Shown here in pieces: positions 50,200 to 62,000 of a stretch of 64,000 nt of DNA. The position numbers and the translations under genes are program-made. Numbering within the stretch: position 1 is the stretch's first letter; each line of letters begins with the position of its first letter. The notes under the pieces are model-generated. The model ran no database searches. It was not told the origin of the DNA and saw nothing but the letters and a program-made list of their open reading frames with translations. The DNA comes from Utricularia gibba. Lineage: Eukaryota; Plantae; Magnoliophyta. The stretch covers positions 2,232,001 through 2,296,000 of the forward strand of contig NEEC01000016.1 of assembly GCA_002189035.1 (NCBI GenBank). The letters run 5' to 3'.

Positions 50200-50634
50200 T
50201 TATACGGGCGAAACATCTTAGATCTTGGATAGAACAAGCCACCTCACACCCATATCACTTTATTCCTCAAGAAGCTATAATATCAAAGCCAAGACAAGAT
50301 TGTGTGGATGAAAGAAAGTGCGTAATCCCAAATTCAAGAAAGAAGATCGAGAGCAATAAGCACCTCAAAACGCAAGCATGTTACATGGTAACAAAATTCC
50401 AACCCCCAACAATGCATCAACCAATCATCCAAAGCCCATAAGAATCTAAGATAGAGGGAAAACCTACTCAACTATTCTTCTAGAGAGCCTGAGGTTATTA
50501 TCAGATACTTTTTCATTGTGTGTGTGTGTGTTTAAGATCATAATAATTCGCTCAACTATAACCCGATTCAAGATGCATTAGCACAGCAATAATTAGCCGC
50601 TTCTTAAGGTACAAGCGTGGGGGTTGGCGGGTGC

Positions 50635-52381
50635 CTACGTTCTCGTGGACAGAGATGGCCGCATTCGGACGATTTGTTCTTCATCAACACCCATTCTCTT
50701 GGCAGCAAAACCGGCTTCCAGGAAGCTCTTCACAGCACCCTTAACGTACTCTTTCCCTTCCTTCACACTCATCTCCTTACCGAACCTCCCGCCCTCAAAG
50801 CTCGTCAGCACATCGTCTCCTCTCAGCACGGCGCCCAGCTGAATCAGCTCATGCTGAAACTCGCTCACTCTCGCGTCCTCCCTCGCTTCCCCCTCCCGTA
50901 TCTTCTCCGGGACCGGAAGTCGCACTGCGTCAACACGCATGATCATGAGCTCAAAGCCGACGAATGTCTACACATGTGCGTGTTGTACCTGGGCAATCCC
51001 ATCGCGGCTCGCCGAGTGTTTGGAAAATGGCGTCGAAGGTGCCGCCCACGCCTCCCTCTTCGTCAGGGGAGGGGAAGACAGGCCAAGCATCTTTCGTACC
51101 GTCGCCGGAATCGAAGAGTGCTCGTATTCTGATGTGGAGGTCGGGGAGCCATTGGGTCCATGAACCACTGCAAACGTTCAGAAAACCATTCGTATCCTCA
51201 AGTTACCGATTCCGATTCCCGTACTTGATTAAATACTGCTGCGGTTACCTGTGCCCTTGACGATCCATGGGGAGACGGCGATGGTGGGGACTCTGACACC
51301 CAGCCTGTCGAAGTTGAAAAGGAATGGTTCAGGTCCAACCACGTCGTCTGGACTAGGGACGCCTCTATTCGGCGTGGCCACGTGGTCATAGAATCCGCCG
51401 TGCTCATCGTAAGTGATCAGGAGCAGGGTACTGTTCCAATGCGGGCTGCTCCTCAGTACCTCGTACACCTCCTTCACAAACATCTGCCCCTGGAACACAT
51501 CGTGGGAAGGGTGGTCGTCGTTGGCCGGCTCCCATTTCGAGTCGAAGTACCGCTGCTCTACTACCACGTACGCCGGCAGTTTCCCCTTCATTGCGTCCTT
51601 CTTGAAGGAGGAGCCGTAGGAGTGGAATTTCGAGATATACTTCAATTTCCTCAGATTCCGGTAAAACAGAGTCGCCGGAATGTTCTGGTAGTAGATCCCG
51701 AAGGACAGTCCGGCGTCGTGGAGGTCATCGAAGATGGTGCGCTGGGGGTATCCCAACGCTAGCTGAGTCGCTAAGTTGGATGTGGCGCCGTGGGAGGTCC
51801 CGGAGTGGACGTAGAGGCGATTCGGCTGCGTCGACGCGGGTACGGAAGCGAACCACCGATCGAAGACGGCGAATTCCGATACCAAGGCTGAGTAGACCGC
51901 AACCTGTGAGTTGTTGATTTCAATCAACCAAATCAAGGACGGAATCTGAGGAAGCAGCGAAACGCACCTTCTGAGGTGTAAAGCCATTCATGACGCTCTG
52001 AGGCATTTCAGGATCCATGGAAAAAGCCTGTTGCGCGAAGCCGTTCATTGGCGGCGGGGAAGCGGAGGTGTTGTCGGAGCCAAAAATCTGCTCGCGAATG
52101 GCCTGAAAAGAATGCCCAGGATCAGGGTCGACGTAGTGCCCCAGATTACCGAAGAAGATCCGAGTGGAATTAGGGTTGGTGGAATTGATGAAATTGGATT
52201 CGGAACCGTCGACGCCATCGATCTCCGGGTTGAGGTTCTTCATCCAGCCCAACATGTGGTCGAATGAGCGATTCTCCATTACGAGCACCACCACCGTCTT
52301 AATCGGACTGCTCGCATCAGAATGCCGGAGGAGAAGAAGAAGAAAGACGAGCGGCAGCGGGGGGACTGCGGTGGTCGCCAT
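50635..52381 (-). CDS. NPC2: Non-specific phospholipase C (NPC2-like), 4 exons: 52381-51968, 51903-51249, 51167-50989, 50924-50635, with a 1-nt frameshift at ~51042
   Basis: Signal-peptide-like N-terminus, then [59 protein letters not shown] and RLGVRVP. The C-terminal EFQHELIQL...RMRPSL resembles NPC2. Exon 3 is 179 nt where 180 is needed. Confidence 0.9.
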
Positions 52382-54263
52382 GGGAGAGGGAAAAAGGAGA
52401 AAGCAAGTGCGGATTAGGTTGGGATGATTCTGTTTTGTCAACCGCGTGGGCCGTGGCGCTTGTCCAGAAGCGCATGTGCATATGCAGGAGCAGCCTTTTC
52501 TTTTTAAATAGCATTGTGTGTGTGTATGTGTTTTTTTTTTATCCATACATAAATAGATATATTGCATTTAGTGAAATAAATATGATTTTTTTTTACTTTT
52601 TTAAAATTAACATATAAAAGTATCATTGAATTTAATACGATTAAGATAATTTTATAGCAGCATTAAATATTAAAATTCTATAAGTTATAATTAATGAATA
52701 CTTTTCAATTATTATTTAATAGAATTAGAAACAACTAGACTTTTTTTATAATATAATTGTAAAAAAGGTCTAATCTTGATGATATTATGTTTTAGACAAT
52801 AAAATTATTAAAATATATTTTTAAAATAACATTATATTATGATGTATCATTTATTATTAAAAATAAATTTTATAGAAATTCAAATAATACAAATGAAGCA
52901 AATAATGCAAAATAAATCAAGCCTTAAAATTTCGTTACTGGTATTTTTAAAAAATGTAAAAAATAAAAAACTTAGAATGTATATTTTTATAACATATTAT
53001 AACTGTTGTGGTTGGAAAAATCACAATCAATTGGATTATAAGATGAAAATTACCATGAATTATAACTCATAAAACATGAAAATTAGGGATGGTGGTCACA
53101 CTTGACTGAAATCAAGAAAAGATTACTAGATGCTTCTCTGCCTTATGGTCAGAAGCACAAGGTCTCCCGTGATCAAAACTTTTTTTGTAAAAAAAAAGAA
53201 AAATCCTTCCTCGCCCTCTGCTCTCATTTTATCCACCATCCGGAGGAGGTTGTGGGACAGGTATGCAAGCAAGCTTTTGAATATATTCTGAGGTGTCACA
53301 TAACATTTTCCGCAAAATAAGGGTTTCTCTCAAATGCGATAGTCGTTTGAAGACTTTGTCTTTGTATTCATCGACTTATCACAAGTAGAAAACCCAGAAA
53401 TGAGATTAAATAGGATCTTCTTAGAGTAGATTGTTGGGAATGTGTAATAGGAACTAGGAAGGCATCAACCATTGATTTTGATAAAGTGATCATCCTCATC
53501 ATAAAATTGTACCCTTGTCAAGGGACAACTTTTCTCAAGAGTGCTGATAAAATATCCTTGTAAAATATCTTGATTTTATAATTAATTTGTAAATTTTCTA
53601 CGCCAAATTGTGTTAATTCTAAATTACTCTAATTTTTCAATTTTTTTGAATATTTTATAAAAAATATAATTTAAAATTTATTTTTTTATGTAATAAGATA
53701 TTTGTCAATGAGAATCACTCTTGAATAAGCTTATTGATTAATAAGCTTTTGACTGAATCAAAATTTATTGATGTAATTTTCCACATCATCTATAGTCAGA
53801 AATCAATTATCTATACATTGAGTGTAATTTCATCATATTGGTAAAATTACATTGCTAATCTAGAAAAATTGAATTAGAGAAATTTATTGAAAAAATTTAA
53901 AAATCAAGAAATTTAATAAATAATTTAGTCATGTTAGAATTAAGTATGTGTGTATAGGTGCTTGCAGCTAAGGATCTGCAATAAAACATTATTTGTACAA
54001 GTTCTATGCATGTGACTGATTTATTATGTTTTTCGACATTTAATTTGAAGTTTGATTTTGTTTTTCGTAATATTTTCTTTACCAAAGTACTCTTTACTAC
54101 CACATAACCTCAAAGGAGTGTGGGAGAATATAAAGTTGGCTTCAAGCACCTAATGAGAAGGCTCAATCGAATATTGTTGACAATACACATTTTGTCGGTC
54201 GCTTTTGTATAAATGGAGTAAAATTCTATAATTGAAAATGCACATACGAAAAAAATATATTCA

Positions 54264-56811
54264 TGATAGCACACAAATTTTCCTAAGTTTATAATATGAA
54301 ATTATAATTTTTTAGTTGTTTATTTCATAGTTGTAACTATTTTTGAATAATTTAGTTAACATATGAACTTTATGTACAAATGGACTAAATCGTTTGATTT
54401 AACCCATTCTATGTTACAAATGTGTTTTAAGTCTAGCAGCAAATCACAAAAATCAGGAAAGAAGACAAAAATTTTGTGCAAGGAGCATGATAACACATAT
54501 TTTTGAGTGATTGAATGTATGGAAAAGTTTCATATTGTGCTACAAAAATTTAGTTTTATATTTTTGAGCATAAATACCGCAATTGTGTTATTTTAGTCTT
54601 AGTTGGGACTAAATCTACGATTTAGTCTCAACCTTCTAATAGTTTTATTCGAGCAATGCAGTGCATGTCGCAACACGAATCCCAAGAAGCCGAATATGCA
54701 CAGTGTAGTGGCAGAAGATGAGTCCAAAAGTTTGAAAAGTGGTACACACAAAATCTAAGGAGGAAAAAAGGAGATTTTGGATAAAAAGGAAGGAAAGATG
54801 AGAGAGATCTCACTTTGGAGACTCACGACAAGTTTCTGGAGATTTTTCTGGAGGAAGAAGAAGGAGGGGAACAACGAACCAGAAGAACACAGCTTCTCTT
54901 TGAGAATTTATTTTCGTTCTTGATCTTTACTGTTCCTAGCTAAGACTAGATTTGGATTTCCTGCATGAACAAATTGTCTTTTCCACTTCTGTTGGATATT
55001 GCTTGTTGTTGTTTAGCTTTAAAGCAAGGATGTTGTTTAGGATATGCTATAAAAATGTTTTCCCTTACCTTATCATGAGTGGCTAAGCACTTAGGGGGGT
55101 GCCTTGGGATAAAAAGGGGAGAAATATGCTAATCCATTCATAGACCTAATAAACCATAAGTCACACCATTTCCTTAATAAACTAGGATAGATCTAGGAGG
55201 GGGAAGTAGTGAAACCCAACTTAACAACCCTAATTAGAGGTAGACCAAAGATTAGGGGCAAAACAAGAATCCGGGTAGACCTAGATCTTGTAAGTTAGTT
55301 GTATGGCTTATAATTTATGTGAGTTTATTTAGTAATAGGCATACATTCCCTAGGAGTCCTAAGGCATCACCCATCCATTTCAGAAACTACCGAATTCCAA
55401 AACTTGTTGCTTTTCCTTACTGCATTCCATCGTAATTCTGTTTTATTCCTAGTTAAGACTAATTTTACCAACGAGACACTGATTTCATGCATTAACTATC
55501 ACATAGCAAGCACTTGCTCTTCGTGTTCGACCCTAATCACTAGGCTCATAATTGTTTTATGCTTGAATGTGTGTTAGGTTATAAATTTATTTGATAAGAA
55601 AGTTTACATTTACGACGTGTGAATTTTTTCGTTTATCAGAGCAACTTAGCATATGTGCAACATAATAGAGGGGACAATGCATGTACTATCATGACAGGAT
55701 TTTGCGAGTCAAAGGCATGAGAAGAAAGGATTGTCATAAATTCGTACTTGCTTTGTGAAATGAAGAAAATATTTTTCTTGCGAGGAGAGAGAATAGGCAT
55801 AGCTTCGGGAGCTTCAGCAGCAGCAAGACAAAGGGGGCTTCTCCTCTAGCATGACGAACACTATACTAGAGGGAAGAACAAGAGCAATTTTCTAGAGAAG
55901 AACCTCTAATGTGAAGAACGAACACCAAGACCCTGTCCAGTACTACTGTTTCAGACTGTGAACAGTAGCAGACGGAAATCAAAACCAATTTTGCTTTAGT
56001 TTCGTTTGTTGAACATTTTTCGTTTATGTGACCAATTTTTTCACGATGTCTTTGACATTTTAACTGCTTTATCTCAATGCTATCATGTTTTACCTTCTAT
56101 ACATGAATAGCTAAACTTTAGCCGATGCCTTAAGAAATAGAATGGTAATGTGGGAGCTAGAGTTTATAATATGATTTGTCATTATATCTTAGCATTTATT
56201 CTATCATTTCATGAGTAGACCAAAGAGGGGAAATAAGTAGCTCCGCAACTCAGATGCTTGATTTAGAGGTAAACCAACAAATCAAGGCGGCAACAGTAGG
56301 TATTAGTCTAACGTAGAACTAATAGAATCAGGTAGAACTAGTTCTATATACTTTGCATATGGGTATATCTTATTGAGAAGTTGGTGATGATATTGAGGGA
56401 CTATCTTAACCAAAAATATGATAAATGACTTGGGTAGATCTAAGTTATTTGAAGTTGTGAGTATAAAAACTTTTTAAATTAAATTAGAGACCTTAGTACC
56501 ACATCACCTGCACACCCATAAGGATTTTAATAATACTTTGTACTAGAACCAGTATCTGTTATTTCCAGCGTTAAGACTTGAATTTGTTTATTGAACTTGC
56601 TTACTATTATTAGTATGGGCTTAAACTAAGGACCACTATTTCCGAAATCTGGATCTGCTGAAACACATAGCAAACACAAGCACTTTGTGATCGACCTTGA
56701 GTTCCATTACATTTTGTGTTTACTTTTATTTTGTGAGGATTAGGGATTACAAATTTATTTGATACAAAAATTTCTATTTTTGCAACGACATTAGTAAATT
56801 TTTGTTTATCA
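54264..56811 (+). mobile_element. Solo LTR family C carrying a nested family A solo LTR
   Basis: TGATAGCAC...TTTATCA termini; perfect TSD ATTCA (54259-54263 and 56812-56816). Homologous to 10811-12185 (shared TTTAGAGGTAAACCAACAAATCAAGGCGG). Confidence 0.88.
54488..55638 (+). mobile_element. Solo LTR family A
   Basis: TGATAACAC...TTTATCA termini; perfect TSD GAGCA (54483-54487 and 55639-55643). Confidence 0.9.
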
Positions 56812-57211
56812 ATTCAATTTCTATAAATTATTTAAAAATAAGTAACATATCATCTTGAGCATTATATCAACATTTTCGTGAAGATGAAACATCATGAACT
56901 TTGGAATGTGTTGTGTTACATTTTAGACATTGGAAATTTTTGAAATTTGTTGTTGAAATTCACTATTTTTAGTATTACACCAAATACATCAACTATTTCT
57001 AGTCTCTATAAATAGTGCCTCGACTTCAACCATTTCAATTATCTACCATGAATTAAAATAATTTGGAAGACTATCAACATTTCATCAAACTCATCAATAT
57101 CTTCTTAGAAATGAATAACACAAGCTTAATAAATGTAAATAAATCAAAATATAAAAAATCATCATATTAATATCAATTAGAGTATAACATTATAATTTGT
57201 AAAACATACAT

Positions 57212-57915
57212 TGATAACGAAAAATCTACACACGTCGTAAATATGCAAACTCTTCGATTAAATAAATTTATAAACCTAATACACATTCAAATATAATACA
57301 ATTATAAACATAGTGTTTAGAGTCGAACACGAAGAGCAAGTGCTTGTGAGTATCGATGTATGCAATCATTGTCATGTTGATAGCTTTAGTCTAAACTAGG
57401 ATCAAGGTATATTTACGATGAAATATAGTAAAGAAAAAAACAAACTTTTAAACTCAATTGTATCTAAGATGAGGTAGGTGGTGCCTTGGGGCTCCTAAGG
57501 TTAATATGTAAGTTGCTATAACTATTCCTCTAAAACCATAGATCATTCACATAACAAGCAAAGGTCTAAGTTTACCCAAACCTTTGTTTTCCGTAATTTT
57601 TGGTCTACCTCTAATAGGGTTGCTCTTGTGAGTTTCACTACTTCCCTCTCTTGGATCTCTACTGTTTTGTAAGGAAATGATGTAATACTTGATTTATTTG
57701 GTTTAGTAAACACTAAACTTCTTAAACTCTTTACCCCAAGTCACCACTAAGTGCTTTAGCTACTCATGATATGGGAAAAAAAAGCGTTTTCATAACATGT
57801 CCTAAGCAACATTCGTTTCTCGAAGTTAAACAACAGCAAATAGTACATAATAGAAATATAAAGGATAAATTGTTCATGCAGTAAAATTAGAACTTTTCTT
57901 AGCTAGGAATAGTAT
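57212..57915 (-). mobile_element. Truncated LTR family A fragment
   Basis: TGATAACGAAAAAT...GTCGAACACGAAGAGCAAGTGCTTG is reverse-complement-similar to the 3' part of 54488-55638. Similarity stops at ~57915. Confidence 0.75.
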
Positions 57916-57929
57916 TCTTTAAGAGCGAT

Positions 57930-58990
57930 TATCATGGTTATGATAAAAGATCTAGTGGCTTTTTACAATTATCAATGTGATTCAACATTTACAAATATGA
58001 TGATGCAGCTCTATGAACTGCTAGATCTTGACTTGTTAAAGTACGCTTTCAATATTTTTGCTCAATATTTTGATATTAGCTCCCAAAGTGTGCGATATAT
58101 GGATCTAACATCGGATTACGATGTTATAATTCTGAACCCTTCCAATCACTATGGAATGGTCTTGGATATCTTTGTTTCTAGTTATGTTCATGTAGCAGCG
58201 ATGATGGGATTATTCAATCTAACCTAATCATCTTGTAGCAATTCTTATCAGCATCAATACTTGTCGCATGGATTGAATAATCCAAATTCATTGGGAGGTG
58301 ATATAATGTATTACAGCCTAGATGAATCTCACCATTCTAAAGACCATATGATGGATAGTTTTGCTGATTGTGATCATGATTGTGATTTACAAGGAGAAGA
58401 GCAATATGAGCACTGCGTTCCAATCGAATTTGTAGAAAATTTAGCCAGAAACATAGATGCTCTGGAGGATGAAAGTGACAAGATACCATATCCCTTGGTG
58501 AAGGGTCAGTTATTTCCCGACAAGGAATCATTTCGATTGGCTATTGTTGATTACTCTAAACAGATAGGTCGTGAGTTTCATATTACGGAAAGGGATGCCA
58601 CACATCTTGAATTACGTTGCCCTTTACAAGCAACTCAAGACTGCAAATGGAGAGTACGAGCTGGACGATCCAAAAGGCTTTAGGCATGGAAAATCTCTAC
58701 TGTTGAAAAGATCCACACATGTAGACATGTCGGCCCTCATTGATTTAACCATACAAACACTGGACTAGAATATATAGCAAGAATAGTAATTCTTTTTCTC
58801 AAAAAGGGTATATGAACGAAGGTCAACAGAATCTAAACAACAATTAATACAGAGACTAGTTATGTTATTCCATATCATTGTGTATGGTATGGAGTATGAA
58901 GAGGGTTTGAATTATTATATAGCACTTGGGAGTCAACAGTACAAAAGCTCCCTACTTTTCTACAAGAAGTAATGATCCAAAATATTAGTG
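57930..58990 (+). mobile_element. MULE/MuDR transposase N-terminal fragment
   Basis: GQLFPDKESFRLAIVDYSKQIGREF...HLELRC...CKWRVRA...KIHTC matches the MuDR DNA-binding domain pattern. Confidence 0.75.
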
Positions 58991-59099
58991 ATGCTTTACA
59001 AAAACAAACATTAGTGATGCTTTAAGGAGTTTGTATCTAAATAAATTTGTAAAATTGTTTTGTAGCATTGCCTATAATTTCACTCTCATATTGATCAAT

Positions 59100-62000
59100 T
59101 CAACATCGAAGCTCCACCTTCAAAGGCAGCATTATACTCTGTTAGGTATGACCACTGAAAAGAGAGCTTGAGAAGGTTCATCGACCGATTTAACTGCCAA
59201 GCGCAAGACGTCCAGCTGGATTAAAAGGAGAGGGTAGAAATAATGAAACGGGCCTTAGGAACGTCGAAATTGGGACAGAGTCTATCAAAGTCCCTGCCAA
59301 AGAATCTCAGAGAATTGTTAAGGAAAATCATGAAGTACATCCGAGTTGATGACGACCTCAGGGCCGAGATGAAAAGCCGCGTGAAGATCCATCCGAGCCC
59401 GCAGCAAGAGACCCAACTTAACCAGGGGCCTAGGCCGAACAAGCATCGTGAAATATATCATGTGGAACTAGCCAGAATAGATGCCTTCTGCGAAATACAC
59501 AAGACTAGCGGGATGATACTGCCAACTACCAAGTAATGAAGAGGATGATCGAGCAATATCATGCTGGCGGGGGAATGAGCAACACTATACGAAACCCCGC
59601 ATCGATGACAGACCGGAAAAGAGGACGTAACGAACGAACCAGGAATGAAGGTAACCGATATCCAAAGTTCCCCTCAAAACCAGTGAGGGAAGACCCGAAA
59701 GCCAATAGGAAACCGAATCTCGGAGGAGGACAAGACGTACCGGAAAATTCACGGAATTCACACCCAATGCAAGGAAGTCCCCCCTACATTCGGGAAATCC
59801 ATGTGATATTCGGAGGGACCGAAATGGATGTATCCGGAAAAGCGCAGAAGAGATATTTGGATGAAGCCAGAAGAGGAGAAGTCTTCGAGATAGGAGATGG
59901 TTCGACTGAGAAAACTGCTTGGGAAAAAGAAGAGATCAGCTTCTCCGGCAAAGACGTCCCAGTCACCCCAGCCGCAAGAGATGAACCTTGGGTGGTATCG
60001 GGAATATGCGGGAGCACCAAGGTAAGAAGGATTCTTATTAATCAAGGATCCTCCTGCAACATCATGAAGAAAGAAGTAGCCGAGTTAATGGCATCATCCA
60101 GCGAGGGAAACATCCGCCACGTGTGCATGGAGCGATCAACGGGCTGTGCAGACTATCGGGAAAATAACCCTGCCCGTAACATTCAATGCGACAGGGCAGA
60201 ACCGAACCGAGAGGTTGGAATTCTTGATCCTGGATTCAGAGGTATCATACAGCATCATCCTCGAGCGACCCGGCATCAACCAATTCGGTATGATACCCTC
60301 CACGGTGCATTTGAAAATTAAATTCCCGACATCGAGGGGCATTTGCACGATGGGCATCGACCAACCAGTCGCCCAGTCCTGTTATGTATCTTCCTGCTGA
60401 GACCCCTACGCGAAAAAGTCGAGAGTGATGATGGCAGAAAAGAAACCCCGAGAACCCCCTAGACAAAGATTGACAATGGAGGAAAATGGAGGATGTGCAT
60501 TGACTTCACCGACCTCAACGCCTGCTGTGAAAGGGACCCTTATCCTTTGCCAAAGATTGACAAGCTAGTAGACGCCATTGCTGGATCCCGATTCCTGAGC
60601 ACCATGGATGCCTATTCGGGATACCACCAAATTTTCATTACCGAGAGAGACCAACCGAAAACCACCTTCTACACCAAGGATGGGGTTTACTGTTACGTGG
60701 CCATGCCCTTCGGTTCAAAGAATGCTGGGGCGACTTATCAGAGGTTGGTAAATAAAATATTATGTTCTGAAATCGGTACCTCGATGGAGGTATATGTGGA
60801 CGATATGATCGTAAAATCTATGAATGAAGAAGACCACTTAGCGTATTTGAATTCTTGTTTCTCTTTGTGCCGGTCATACGGGTTAAAACTCAACCCACTG
60901 AAATGTTGCTTTGGGATGCGAAGTGGAACATTCCTGGGGCATTACGTATCAGAGAGAGGAATCAAGACTGACCCCGAGAAGATTAAGGCAATATGCAAAA
61001 TGCAACCCTGAAGGACAATCAAGGAGTACCAGAGCCTCATGGGTAAATTGGCTGCCCTTAGCCGTTTCATATCTCGATCAGCTGATAAGTCGGCATCCTT
61101 CTTCAAGGTCTTGCGAAAGGGAAATGCTCTAGAATGGAAAAAGGATTGCCGGCTTGCCTTTGAAAAACTCAAGGAATATCTCTCATCACCCCCGCTTCTT
61201 GTGGCTCCGAGAGCAGGAGTGCCTTTAGGACTATATCTGTCTATATCGCCCATTGTAGTCAGCGCAGTCTTGATAACCATCTTGGCAGATAATCACCTTC
61301 CGGTGTATTATGTGAGCAAGCTTCTGTTATCGGCCGAAACATGTTATTCGGTGACAGAAAAATTCATCTTGGCTCTGAAGATGACAGCCACAAAGCTAAG
61401 GTCATATTTCCAAGATCTGCACATCGTGGTATTCACCAATCAGCCCCTGAAGAATATCCTATCTCGACCAGAGATTTCCGGAAGGGTTGCCAAATGGGCG
61501 GTCGAATTGAGTACAATGGATATTCAGTGACCTTGCGAGCCGTGAATTATATTACCCAGCAACAAGGAAATGATATCTCTCCACAGCTGAGTCACATCGA
61601 TGATTGGACATCACCCTACATCCAGTATCTACGAAATGGAGAAACACCATCTGATAGATTCAAAGCCCGACAGTTAGAGATTAGAGCAAAGAGATATGCA
61701 CTGGTAAATGGAATTCTCTATCGCATATCCCTCTTGAGGTGTGTCGGGGCAAAGCATTCTCAAGAACTTATAATCGATCTGCATGAAGGGGAATGTGGCA
61801 GCCACGTCGGCATATGATCTTTATGCAGGAAAGCCTTGAGAACCGGGTATTATTGGCCAACTATGGAGTGGGATATTACCGAAATGGTGAAGAAATGCAA
61901 AGTATGTCAATACCATGCGAGTACACCGAGAAAACCAGTAAATAACCTGACCCCTCTTCCATTGTCATGCCCGTTCGATCGATGGGGAGTGGATTTCATG

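Larger units (their letters stand above)
37753..50500 (-). mobile_element. Degenerate internal (post-pol) region of the family B element, in pieces 37753-38694, 47604-47772 and 50208-~50500, split by nested insertions
   Basis: Adjoins the 3' LTR motif, and the pieces rejoin across TSDs GTCTT and TTATA(T/C)GG. No recognisable pol. The right boundary is a guess. Confidence 0.45.

Noticed and set aside
50617-52427. Plus-strand ORFs overlapping NPC2 (e.g. 50617-51132, 51382-51762)
   Set aside because: These are antisense shadows of a GC-rich CDS with no independent homology or splice evidence.
53100-53560. Possible gene or retroelement fragment upstream of NPC2
   Set aside because: Only weak chromodomain-like resemblance in one broken frame, which is insufficient support.
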